This document shows positions 27,992 to 40,747 of a DNA stretch of 64,000 bases, in pieces (position 1 is the first letter of the stretch; every line of letters starts with the position of its first letter). This DNA is from Octopus vulgaris. Lineage: Eukaryota. The stretch covers positions 18,166,001 to 18,230,000 of the forward strand of contig OX597837.1 in NCBI GenBank assembly GCA_951406725.2, in the 5' to 3' direction. The position numbers were made by a program, and so were the translations under genes. Under the pieces are notes generated by a model. The model did no database searches. It worked only from the letters and a program-made list of their open reading frames with translations, and had not been told where the DNA came from.

Positions 27992-28265
27992 ATCATCATC
28001 ATCATCATTTAGCGTCCGCTTTCCATGCTAGCATGGGTTGGACGGTTCAACTGGGGTCTGGGAAGCCAGAAGGCTGCACCAGGCCCAGTCTGATCTGGCA
28101 GTGTTTCTACGGCTGGATGCCCTTCCTAATGCCAACCACTCCGTGAGTGTAGTGGGTGCTTTTTACGTGCCACCGGCACAGGGGCCAGGCAAGGCTGGCA
28201 ACGGCCACGATCGGATGGTGCTTTTTACGTGCCACTGGCACGGAGGCCAGTCGGGGCAGCGCTAT
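27992..28265 (-). mobile_element. RTE LINE 3' end with (GAT)n tail
   Basis: Reverse complement of 31570-31754. Confidence 0.85.
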
Positions 28266-28799
28266 GAATTAGTGTTAAAATTATAGATGTGTTTCTTACA
28301 TACACACACACACAAAGTTTCTGGTGGAAGAAGATAGTCTTTTAAATATAATTGCATATGGATAGAAACATCAGTTTCCTTGGCTAAACTCAGCACTGCA
28401 GATTGCAAAGTATTTTGTCATTTCAACAGTGAGAAATCATTCATCTTTCTGATGACAATTTACAGCTAAGTAGACAGCTTGTGAAGACTGTCTCCAAGTG
28501 CCAGTTTGCAAACTTAGCCAACCTACTCATTGTTGTTTTTAATATCATTATTAGTATTAGTAGCAGCAGCAGAAATGTAGAGTACTGTGTTGAATGCTTT
28601 TCATCATTTAGACACATAAACTTGTATTTTGAGTTCTATTCTATAAAGAGGTCAATAAGTACTCATTCAAAGTCAGCTACAGTTATTGTGTTGTGAATGA
28701 AGACACTATAGTTATATATCTTGTGTGATAAGTGAAGTCATTTATAACTCTGTATTTGTGTGTGTGTGTGTATCCACACATTTGAATATACCTAGAGGG

Positions 28800-28852
<53 letters not shown>

Positions 28853-28861
28853 ACACACACA

Positions 28862-29940
28862 CACAATTTTTAATCCGAGGGGAGGCAATGTGAGCAGCAA
28901 CTAAAGGAACATTACAAAATCCACAGAAAGATCAAACGCATACATATATTCATATATCTACAGAACAGATATAAAGTCCGACGTTTAAAAGTATAGTAAT
29001 ATATAAGAACATATATAAACATAATATAAAAATATAGTAATATATAAGAATCAATGCTGTATGTATAACACCTTGAATTTATGCTTTAACTCGTAAAATA
29101 TTTGGTATAAATTTGTTAAATTAAAAATTTAGGGTAATAAAACACAATGACATATTAAAATTCCAGAGAAAAATGCATAGAAGATAAATATACAAATTTA
29201 CAAAAATACATAAAAGTTCATCTATGGGCCGTTTCGGAGATGTGCCAATTAATATGAAACATATCATATATTTAAAATTGATACTCCCCTGAGTTTCTAT
29301 GTGAATTTTGGGGGAGTACGTAATGTCTGGTCTTTCACATATAGCCGGTATGTAATTGTGCATTCGTTTCCGTGTACTATGTGTTGTGTGTAAACAACAT
29401 CCTGACGAGGGGGGTGTCAATTTTAAATATATGATATGTTTCATATTAATTGGCGCATCTCTGAAACGGCCCGTAGATGAACTTTTATGTATTTTTGTAA
29501 ATTTGTATATTTATCTTCTATGCATTTTTCTCTGGAATTTTAATATGTCATTTTAATGTCTCTATGTTTTATTACCCTAAATTTTTAATTTAACAAATTT
29601 ATACCAAATGTTTTACTAGTTTAAGCGTAAATTCAAGGTGTTATATATGCAGCATTGATTCTTATATATTTATATATTTTTATATGATGTTTATATATGT
29701 ATTTATATATTACTATATTTTTAAACGTCGGACTTTATATCTGTTCTGTAGATATAAATGAATATATGTATGTGTTTGATCTTTCTGTGGATTTTGTAAT
29801 GTTCCTTTAGTTGCTGCTCACATTGCCTCCCCTCAGATTAAAAAGTGTATAAAGCTCATTTGAGCACTACTATTCCAGTCTGTTATATATTTTGAGTGTT
29901 GTTGTCACTAGCAATCTCAAGATATAACTTTGTATTTTGT
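28862..29940 (+). mobile_element. Penelope-like terminal repeat / retrozyme-like relic with inverted duplication (arms ~28862-29290 and ~29408-29848)
   Basis: ~430 bp highly similar inverted arms, 117 nt spacer, hammerhead motif, (TA)n on both flanks; the PLE assignment is inference. Confidence 0.65.
29392..29486 (+). ncRNA. Type I hammerhead ribozyme motif
   Basis: catc-CTGACGA(29402-29408)-stem II ggggggtgtcaatt..aattggcgcatctct-GAAA(29463-29466)-cggccc-GTA(29473-29475)-gatg; stem I catc/gatg; short near-palindromic stem III ACGGCCCGT. Confidence 0.75.
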
Positions 29941-30146
29941 AATATATATATATATACATACATACATATTTCAGAATGCTGATATGGAATAAAGTATTAA
30001 ATACTTAAAGTATGTGAATTAGTAGCTTCTGTTTGCTGAAGCTATTGGATTTGTTGTGTATATAAACAGCTTGGCTATTTGTTTCTCTGGCATCACTCGA
30101 GTGGTGTAAACACCTAATGAGAACCTAATAAGGTTCTCATCATTGA

Positions 30147-30354
30147 TTAACTCTTTAGCATTTAAACCAGCCTATCCAACTCAAATATTCTGTTTTGTTA
30201 AAAATGGCCAGACGCAGCTTCTCACACCTACTCTACAAAGTCATTCTAGAAATAAACATTCAAATCCCAAAGCTACAGATGTGTGATTAATTCTAAACAA
30301 TGTGAGTATGTAAGTATCATATTTGGCAGAGTAATCTAAATACTAAAGGATTAA
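30147..30354 (-). mobile_element. ~210 bp TTAA-flanked MITE
   Basis: ttaactctttagcattt ... tactaaaggattaa; collinear with 21950-22157. Confidence 0.7.
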
Positions 30355-30406
30355 GGTAGTTCATCATTTTTTCAGTTAAATTTGCCGTTTGTATGTCTAA
30401 TATAAG

Positions 30407-31950
30407 GGTGTGGCTGTGTGGTAAGTGGCTTGCTTACCAACCACATGGTTCCAAGTTCAGTCCCACTGCGTGGCACCTTGGGCAAGTGTCTTCTACTGTA
30501 GCCTCAGGCCAACCAAAGCTTTATGAGTGGATTTGGTAGATGGAAACTGAAAGAAGCCTGTCATATATATATATATATATATATGGCTACATGGGAGTGA
30601 AACATGGGCTGTGACTGCTGAGGATATACGTAAGCTCGCAAGGAATGAAGCCAGTATGATCCGATGGATGTGTAATGTCAGTGTGCATACTCAACAGAGT
30701 GTAAGTACCTTGAGAGAAAAGTTGGACTTAAGAAGCATTAGATGTGGTGTGCAAGAGAGACGACTGCACTGGTATGGTCATGTGGCGAGAATGGATGAGG
30801 ACAGCTGTGTGAAAAAGTGCCACACCCTAGCGGTTGAGGGAACCTGTGGAAGAGGTAGACCCAGGAAGACCTGAGATGAAGTGGTGAAGCACAACCTTCG
30901 AACATTAGGCCTCACCAAGACTAGTGACCGAGACTTTTGGAAATAGGCTGTGCTTGAGAAGACCCGGCAAGCCAAATGAGACCATAACCTGTGGCCTATG
31001 CCAGGAGCATAACCAGCCCACTTATGCGTACCTTTTCCTTCTTTGGTCACTAAACTCTGCTTGCAAAGACCTGTTGAGGCAAGTGAAATCAAAATCAAAT
31101 TCGATGACTGGCATCCATGCTAGCGGGGTGCAAAGAGCACCGTACGAGTGTGATCGTTTGACAGAGCGGCTAACCGGCTTCCGTGCCAGTGGCACATAAA
31201 AGGGCATCATTCGAGTGTGATCGTTACCAACGTTGCCTTACTGGCACTTGTGCCCATGCTAGTAGGGTGCCAAGAGCACCATCCGAGCGTGATCGTTGCC
31301 AGAGCAGCCAACTGGCTTCCATGCCAGTGGCACGTAAAAGGGCACCATTCAAGCGTGATCTTTACCATCGTCGCCTTACTGGCACCTATGCCGGTGGCAT
31401 GTGTAAAAAGTTTCGAGCGAGGTCATTGCCAGTACCGCCTGACTGGCCCCCATGCCGTGGTATGTAAAAGGGGCACCATTCGAGCATGATCGTTACCAAC
31501 ATCGCCTTACTGGCACCTGTGCCATTGGCATGTGTAAAAAGATTTGAGCAATGTCATTGCCAGTACCACCTGACTGGCCCCCGTGCTGGTGGCACGTAAA
31601 AAGCACCCACTACACTCTTGGAGTGGTTGGCGTTAGGAAGGACATCCAGCTGTAGAAACTCAGCCAGATCAAAATTGGAGCCTGGTTCGCCAGCTCTCAG
31701 TCAAAATCGTCCAACCCATGCTAGCATGGAAAGCGGACGTTAAACGATGATGATATTTGTGTGTCTATTTTTGTTACCCCATCACTAAACAACTAATATT
31801 GGTGTGTTTACATCCCAATAACTTAGCAGTTCAGCAAAAGAGACCAATAGAATAAGTACTAGGCTTACAAAGAACAAGTCCTGGGGTCAATTTGTTCAAC
31901 TAAAGGTGGTGCTCCAACATGGCCGCAGCCAAATGACTGAAATAAATAAG
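30407..31950 (+). mobile_element. Family A SINE split by an RTE insertion (head 30407-30584, tail 31755-31950)
   Basis: Both halves match the intact copy at 52384-52864; break falls in the internal (TA)n. Confidence 0.85.
30585..31754 (+). mobile_element. 5'-truncated RTE-clade LINE
   Basis: HGSETWAVT...NEASMIRWMC...ERRLHWYGHVARM...GRGRPRKT; repetitive 3' UTR; (GAT)n tail. Confidence 0.9.
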
Positions 31951-32039
31951 GTTAAAATAATATAAATACACATACACACACTAATATTGAACAGTGGAAT
32001 GAGAGCTCAACTCCACATTGTGGATAAATATTCTTTATT

Positions 32040-32328
32040 TATGGGTTGACAAGCTACCAATGGTTTCATGTAGCGAGATCTTCACAACTGCTCAAGTGGG
32101 CTGCATGGAAGTGTTGGTATTTATCTCCATATTAGATGGGAATACATAAGGTTAGACAACACTGAATAGGTTTCTGTAAATACACACATCCTGTGATTTG
32201 TATGTTTATTTCAAAATTTGTGTATTCTCATCCAATAAGGAGATGAATACCAACACTTCCATGTGGCACACTTGAACAGTTGTGAAGATCTCGTTACATG
32301 AAACCATTGGTAGCCTTGTTAACACATA
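32040..32328. repeat. Inverted repeat, ~110 bp arms and ~65 nt spacer
   Basis: gctaccaatggtttcatgtagcgagatcttcacaactg... vs ...cagttgtgaagatctcgttacatgaaaccattggtagc. Confidence 0.9.
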
Positions 32329-32401
32329 CAGACACAAACATAGTCATGAATGAAGTCATATAGATATTGAAATAATTGGGTTATATATATGTATTCATGT
32401 A

Positions 32402-33266
32402 TTGGGTCATTCCATAAATAATGCGTTTTTTTTCAATTGCATGAACTAAAAGTCAGAGGGGGGTGGTCGGGATAAACTACCTGCATCAACTTGCTAAAAA
32501 AGCAAGTAGTAATTTTACCCTGTACTTATTCTTAGTGCAAGTTTTGAAGAGTGCAGTTCAATTTTAACAGTTATCTTGCCAAAGCTATATTGGAAGTAAC
32601 AGAGGAGCACATTCAGCATATTTTGCTTTGAATTCAATAAAGGCAACAATTCAATAGAAAGTGTGAGGAATTTTAATGCAATATATGGAGATCAGACAAT
32701 AAGTGTAAGCCAGTGTCAATAGTGGTTCCATGTAAGGTGTTGTTATCTTTTTGGTGGGATATGAAAGATTTTGTCCACTTTGAACTTTTAAACCTAAACC
32801 AAATGATAACAAAGGAGATCTACTGCAAGCAGCTTGAGCAGCCTAAGTCAGTGCTAGAAGAAAAACGACAGTCTTTGGTTTCAAGATGAAAGGTGTTCTT
32901 CCATCGGGCCACATACAGCCAGGATGACATTCTAAAGACTGGAGCAGTTTAAATAGGAAACGATGCCCCACCCACCATATTCACTGGACATTGCCCCATC
33001 TGATTATCATTTATTCCACAGTCTTCAAAATCATTTGGATGGAAAATATATGAATTCTGTAGATGAGGTCAGAACATTACTGGAAGAGTATTTTTTATAT
33101 CACGGACAAGTGAATTTTGGAAGAGGGGGCCTTGCAAGTCAACCAGATATATGGAAGAGCATTGTAGAAAATTAAGGAAAGTATATTTTAGATTAAAAAA
33201 GAACTTTATCTTAATTTTGAAAATTAAGAAATACGAAGCAACTGCATTATTTATGGGATGACCCGA
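32402..33266 (+). mobile_element. Mariner transposon, internally deleted
   Basis: TA-flanked TIRs ttgggtcattccataaataatgc / gcattatttatgggatgacccga; HPPYSLDIAPSDYHLF motif. Confidence 0.9.
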
Positions 33267-34978
33267 TATATTTTTTATTGTATAGTGAATAAAGTCAGTT
33301 GTATTCCTTATTGTTAAGGAACTCAGCTCTAATAGGGAAGAAGAAAAACTTTTAACTGCGTCATTGTTTTAGTGTCTCACTGAGTCATTTCTCTTGAATC
33401 TGTGTAAATGAGGAGTTGTGCTTGTGTAACAAACTAATATTGCATTGAAGGTTGAGATATTAGAATCTGGGGAAAACCAAACAAAATAAATGCCTTTTGA
33501 ATTATTATTCTCAATTCAGATCTGTGTTCACCTTGATAAAATACTGGAATTCAGGTCTATCAACTTCCCTCTACATGTGGGGGGGGGGTCCTTGTAAGAA
33601 ATCAATATTGGAGAGGCTCAGCACTAGTCTGTTGTGATTGGGAAAGCTTAGTGTGAGATAGATATATCAGGCAGGCATCATCATGATAGCAGTTATCAAA
33701 AGTAAGCTCCTAGCAAGTCATAGAATTGAGGCTGCAATCCTTGGAAAGTATCTGATATATGGAAAAGCAGAAGCGTCTCAGAAAATTTTCCTGTCATTAT
33801 AATACTAATAGCTATTGTAGGTGGTGATGATGCTGATTCTCATGATGTTGTGAAGTAGAGTGGAAAACTTCAGTACTCTAAGTGGTAAAGAAGTGTTCTT
33901 AATCAACAAAGAATTTATGTTTCATCATTTATTGATTAGAGAAATCAATATGGTTGATAATGTGGATGAAGATTGCTGCAATTTGTACAATTGGATTGAA
34001 ATGTGATTTATATATACATTGCAGATTTCTGAGCAAGTTTCATAACTTTATTGAATAAAGGAAAGTACATTGCATTTTTTGTTGGATAGCTTGCTACATT
34101 TAAATAGAGATATAGAGGATAACCAGCAGTATATGTGCTTGCATGTTCATGTAATTTCACATGAAAAAATTGCTGATTAGATGAGATTTTACTCTTTGAA
34201 TGTAAATTTACATGTTAGACACTGTTCCTCATTGTCCCAGGGAGAACCTAGATAAAGCGGTATGCCAGGCAAAATACCTAGCAGTATTTCATCTGTCCAT
34301 ACATTCTGAGTTCAAATTCTGCCATCAACTTTGCCTTTTATCTCTTTGCGGTTGGTAAAATAAGTACCAATTAAACACCGGGGGGGGCGTATTTGACTTA
34401 CCCCCTCCCTCAAAACTGCTAGCCTTGTGCCCAAAATGTGAAACCAATACTACAAATATTAGAATGTGAGGAAAAATGTTCTACAGTTAAGCACCAAACC
34501 TTACATCATTCCTATTTATGGTAGGCATGAATACTTTACAACCTAAATTTAAGCACCAGACCCAATGCTTTTGATTAATCAGCCAAGTATGAATTAAATG
34601 GGTCACTGTCAGCTTCAGTGATGAGTTTCCCAGTTCAATCATTTGAACTTATTCTTTATTGTATTTAATATAACTTTCACATAACCCTCAAGGTGGATCG
34701 ATCTGATACAGTGTGACAGGCTGGCCCTTTTAGTTACATGTCTAGTCCAGTTGATATACATTTTCTACCTAAGGCTCAAGTTGGCCCACAACTTATGGTA
34801 GAAGGCACTTAGCCAAGTGTCTTCTACCATAGCTGGGATTCAACCTGGGATTTCAAGATATCTAAGAGAACATCTTGACTACATGGTTATGCCTTTGTTG
34901 AACCAACTATTCTCTCTCTCTCTCTCTCTCACACATACACACAGTCTTTTTGTAATTGTTTTCTTTTCTTTTACATAG

Positions 34979-35079
34979 AGAGTGAGACCAGTGACGCTGT
35001 TCAACAAAGCCAAGTATCTTCTAGTAAGCCATCAATTGTACCTATTACCACTGAGAGAATAGGACCATTAATACTGGAA
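34979..35079 (+). CDS. NCOA: NCOA exon, bHLH-PAS linker
   Basis: Polypyrimidine tract + tacatAG; (E)SETSDAVQQSQVSSSKPSIVPITTERIGPLILE matches the p160 'VQ..DVSS....LGPLLL' linker; GTAAGT donor, phase 0. Confidence 0.93.
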
Positions 35080-37465
35080 GTAAGTAAATTTTGCCTTCTT
35101 TTATATATTTTAGACTCAGTAATCATCAAATTGTTATAAACTATCTATTGCATTTTATTTTAAAAGCCTTTATACATCAAAGAAATTGGAGAAATGAATA
35201 TTGAAGTCATATTGATATTGCAGTCTTACATAAAGCACTATGTGCAGTTTTCAATTCAGTCTATTCAATTGCATTATTACCTTTACCTCAGTTGACTAAA
35301 CTGGAAAGCAGTGGATGACTGATTTTCCTACCTTTCTACAAAAATGACTATTTTGACAGTTTATGTAAATACCTCTAAATTTATAATATACTCATACCCA
35401 CATTTTCATTATTGCATTTACTCAACTACAATGTGATCTCAAATATTATGCAGTAATATATTTTACCCTTTTGTTTTTTTGGGTTTTTTTCTTTAAATAT
35501 GCTATCCAACTAAAATTTCACCCTGAAGTTTTATATATTAATTTCTTTGCAATATTCACAAGTAAATAAAGCATTTTGTATGATAGAAGAGCTTGAGAGT
35601 GAGTTTCTATGTAGTTAGCCTAACTTCCTCAGTGTTGCTACCGACATTACTTAAGATTACTTAAGTATATGTTTTGATGACAGCATATTTCAAAATCTCT
35701 AAATCAAACAGTAAAATTCATTTGCTACATTTTATGGTCGAGGACTGTTCTGTTAGAGCTGATCTGGGCAGCTGAACAAATGAATAAGAGTTGATAATGT
35801 TAGAGACAATCTGATAGCTTCTGTTAACATTGTTAACAAATCAGAGATTGTTTAGATAATTCTCAAACAATTTGTTGCTTTTTCTATTGGATAGTCACTC
35901 ATTGAATGTTAAATGAGCAAGAATAGATTGTGTCTAGTTAACTTTTATTATAACTAACCAGATTTTTTTTTTGTCTAAGTTTAAATTCTTCCAGAAATCA
36001 TTGATTTGCACTTTCCACTTTTTGAAATTGGAGTTTGACAAATTGGATTTGGATGTTTTTGCAGTGTTTCATGTGGAATTAGAAATACACACAAATAATA
36101 AGAATTGCAGCTGATGAGTTCTGAGTAAGGAGAATGTGGGTTGACCCAGTTTGTATTATAATAATGGTAGGACAGAGAGAGAGAGAGAGAGATAAGACAG
36201 TATGGTAGTTGGTCCATGAAATGAGGATTTCTAGTTATTTAATAGCCTATAAGGTAACACTTATCATGATTTGATATTCCCCATTTCCCACTTGACATGA
36301 ACTCTTACTTGTTTAGTTGCCAAACTAATGTTGAACCACACCTGGCAAAATTAAGGTCTGTAGCTCCACAGTTAAACTGGATTGTTTTGCCACTCCCTAC
36401 CCTCTCTTAAGTACATCGACTGAAATTAATTTTCTTTTAATCTTGGTCCTCTCTTTTGGTTACTTAACCATTATGTTTGTCATTTTAATTGGTCCACATT
36501 CTTGTGTATCTCTAGTTATCACTCTCAAATACATTTCTCTTCTACTTTCTTATTCATCATTCATATATTTACATTTGTATGTACTCTATCTTAAGGATGA
36601 ACATCGCTTGTTATCCAGTTTATTGAAGTAGGAAAATGAAACATCATTAGTGACTTACACTAACTCACTATATTTAGTATATCTCCGCTTAGAAACACCC
36701 CCCCCCCATGTCATTGTATATATTGTTAAGAAGTTCACTTCACAACAGCTTGGTTCTGGATTCAATACCACTATAGGGTACTTTGGGAAAATCATTTTTA
36801 AAGTAGTCTTGCAACTAGAATTTGGGCAACAGAAACTTGTATTTAGTAGCACAGTAAAATGCTTCCTGTCCATGTAGTAGAAACAATGTCATAAAGCAAA
36901 TCTATGAAGGAGTTGTGGAGCCTGCAGCCTTCATCGCAAGCTATGTACGAGGGCTGCAACTCTGAATTAATAGCTGTTACACCAACTGCAAACAACCTGG
37001 TAACATAACATAATATAATGTACCTAATCCATAGCAGAGTCATCCAGTTTTTCTGTTATTGTTCATACCAGGTGATTCTTACATGTAGTGAGGTGTTGTG
37101 AGACTTATCCAATCTGCTCCCGCATTAAAAAAAACATGATCAGTTGTTTCAAATCCAGTCTGTTAACCATTGATGCATATCTTCTCTGAAAAATGTAATC
37201 TTCTGTATGCATACTTTTTCTATTTATCTCACTATGCCTACGACTAGATTTTCAGGGGAGATAATCTAGTTTTACATTTTTTAACAGTGTATTACTGATA
37301 TTCGTTTATTGATGTTTGTGAGTTCAAAACCTTTAATAGAGGTCTTACATGTATTAGCCACCTCCCTCATCTGCAGTCATGATAAATAATGCTGATGATG
37401 ATGATGAAGTCCTTTTAAAGCTCAAAGTTTGACATTTTAAAAGAGGAATATGAGATAGTATGATA

Positions 37466-38756
37466 CGAGGGGCGTTCAATAAGTAATGCCCCTGACCCAC
37501 TTCCCATAGCAGTAGAGCAACGAAACTTGGCACAGTTATTAATCTTTTTCTATATAGGAACCCCCCAGAGTTACGCATTTCTCCCATTGTTTGATGCAGC
37601 TCTGGAGACCGTTTTTGTAGAAGACCCCAGCTTCGTTCTCCAACCACGACGTGACTTCAGAAATCAAGGCTGCATCATTTGGGAAACGCTTTCCTTTCAA
37701 AAACAACTTCATGGCTGGGAAGAGGTGAAAATCAGAGGGTGCAAGGTCAGGAGAGTAGGGGGATGGGGGACGAGTTCATAGCCGCACGCCTGTGCTTCTG
37801 ATCTGTCGACACGCAAGTTGTGGACCGGAGCGTTGTCCTGCAGGAGGAGGATGCCTTTGCTGATCTTGCCCCGCCTCTTGATTTTGATAGCTTCTCTTAA
37901 TTTCCTCAAAAGTGAAGCATAATAGGCTCCTGTAATTGTGGTACCCTTTGCCAGGAAATCTGTCATCACTACTCCGTCCTGGTCCCAGAAGACTGTGAGC
38001 ATGAGCTTGCCAGCGGAGGGCAGCACCCTTGCCTTCTTTGGAGGAGGTGAGTCACGGTGCTTCCGCTGCATTGACTGGGCTTTTGTCTCTGGATCATAGT
38101 GATGGACCCAAGTTTCATCCTGTGTAATCTGTCTTTTGAAAAATTTTTACTCATCTTCTTGGCACATCTCCAAATTCATCCTCGAGCACTCGACGCATTC
38201 TTACTTCTGGAAAGGTGTGAGCAACCTGGGAATCCATCTGGCAGACACCTTTAGCATATGCAAATGGTCATGAATGATAGTTTCCACAGACCCGATACTA
38301 ATCTTGACCTCATGGGCTATTTGGCGAATAGTTATGCATCGATCTTCCAAAATGGCAGCCTCAACTTGACGGACAGATGCCTTATCAATGGCAGAAGGGG
38401 GCGACCAGATCTGGGAGCTGTTTCCACAGAGTTCCGACCATGTTTGAATTCACGATGCCAGCGTTTTACAAGGTCATATGATGGGGCATCATCACCATAA
38501 GTTACTTTCATTTCATCAAAAGTCTCTCGTGGTGTGTGTCCTTTCAAATACAAAAACCGGATCACTGCTCGACACTCAACAGGCTCCATTTCACACTTGA
38601 CTCAGTTCAAACACCTGTAAATCAGAAACCACATTTAGTTCAGAGCTGTAATTTGCCACTTAATCTATAGAGATATCAATAATTGCACATGCAAAATTTC
38701 AGCTAGATCAAACAACTGCAAGTGGGTCAGAGGCATTACTTATCGAACGCCCCTCG
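37466..38756 (-). mobile_element. Full-length mariner transposon (1291 bp), frameshifted transposase
   Basis: TA TSD; ~37 bp TIRs cgaggggcgttcaataagtaatgcccctgacccactt; fragments MEPVECRAVIRFL, SAGKLMLTVFWD, LLQDNAPVH. Confidence 0.95.
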
Positions 38757-40112
38757 TAATTAAGGTCTTTTCCAATCAAATATTGTTTCACTTGGTTCAT
38801 GTCTCTAACTCTATTGTGTCTGTCTTGAATATTTCAGATTTCTTTTGATTAGGGGAAGCTGTGATCAATTTATTCAATCTAGTGTATTACTGGTATTTAT
38901 TTTATCAATCCTAGAAGGATGAAGAGTAAATTGTGTTTCTATAGGATTTGAACCTATAATATCAGGACTGAATATGCATTCTACATCTTCCACTAACTGT
39001 TTATTTTAATATATGGTTAATATAAATTATTAATGATATTTTTAAGACAGGCATATAGCTAACTGAATTGGTCTCACTTTATTAATTAGTGCCTTAGGAA
39101 TCCTACAGTGGTGAATTGCAAAGTTCATCCTGGTACTCACCTAAATTATTCCCCCAATAATAATAACTTCTAACAAGCACAAGGAGATAAATTTGTTTGT
39201 GGGAGAAGATACAGTTGATAAAGTCAACCCAGTATTTATTAAGTTTATTTTATCAACCCTAAAAGAATGAAAACTCAAGTTAACCTTGGCATGATTTGAA
39301 CTATTGATATAAAGAGCTGTAATCAAAATACTACAATGCTCTATCTCCAACATATATGATGGTGGTGGTGGCACCGGCAGCATTTACTTCAAAAATTTCA
39401 TTTTTAATACCACTCCTCTAATCTTTTGTTTCTGTGTGTGTCTTATTCTTTCTCGCCCCCTCCCCCCTCTCAAGTGGAAAATATGCAAGGCCTCAGTTTT
39501 TAAGTTCTCAGAAGGTTATAAAGCCTCTTTTAATATGGCTACTTTTGTTTTCTACTTTGTCTTTTTCATTTGCTGGGTCTTGAGGAAAGGGCAGACTCTC
39601 CTAGGATGGTAAGATTGATGCCATTGATGTCACTCTTGAATCTTTATAAAACAAAATCTGCAGGATAGATATGGACAGGGAAGGAATTTTAGAGGAGCCA
39701 ACATTCTGGGGGGAAAGGAATGAGCATAGTGATTAGTGTGGGACTTGGGAATGTTGGACAAGAGTGGTGAGAGGAGGAGAGACAAGTGAATCAGGAATGC
39801 TTGATTAGGAGTACCATAAACCCAGCCAGCTCTGATGACAGAGATCATTATAGCTGCAAAACTAAATGTATAAAGATAGGAGAGAGAGAGAGAGAGAGAG
39901 CACACTTGTGGATCACGGGTTGCAGTATGTCTGTCGGTGAATTTATGCTTTTCACCTGGGTGGGCCTTTTCTGCATGTCTCTATGTGCTACAGTAGCTGT
40001 GTGTCAGGTGAGACCATTCACCTAGCCTTTGTAGTGTTGATATTTGACAGTTTTTGTTTTCTAACAACTGTCAGTATTTTCTATTTCACTTATATATGTC
40101 TATACATTTATA

Positions 40113-40746
40113 CAGTAATGCCTGTATTTGTTCTTGGAGACTGCTCATAAAACAAAAACTCATAAAGCAGAGCAATAACTTCTTATTGTAGCAGTGTTAT
40201 AAATCATAATTCATTCCCAGAAAAATATTTTACCTATAAAATTTATGTAAAGAATATTTTATGCAAAATAAAAAGAATATCAGGACCATTTATAATAAAA
40301 GATATTGCTATAATCATTTTCTGAATCACTTTCACTCACACACTGTCACTTGTAGGTGCAATCACCGATTCACAAGCACTTGTAGATGGACTTTTAGACT
40401 TATTTTTCAAAAACAAGTCTAGAGTTGTTTGCTTAGAAGAAGCTTTTTTTCACTCTATAAATTTGTCGGTGACATGCAAGAAGCATTTGTTATGATAGTA
40501 GTAAATTTTGCACTTCATTGAAATTTTGTTTCCAAAGTGCTGGTTTTTCTTTTCTTTTTGTTCTTGTCGGTGTCTGTTGTACACTTTCATTTAGATATAT
40601 TGGGTATGTTTTTTACACCAGCACTATATACACCTGTGTAGAAACATCAGTTTTGCCACCCTCACTAAATGGTTGTTTAACCTTTTTATATTTCTTTTAA
40701 AAGAAAACTTGTAAGTCTGGTGACTCATAAAGTGGGGGTATTACTG
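40113..40746. mobile_element. pogo/Tigger-like non-autonomous element
   Basis: ta|CAGTAATGCC ... GGTATTACTG termini; right end abuts the RTE tail. Confidence 0.45.
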
Positions 40747-40747
40747 T

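Noticed and set aside
39825-39880. CTGATGA...CAAAAC as a hammerhead
   Set aside because: GAAA missing and no stem I or III pairing
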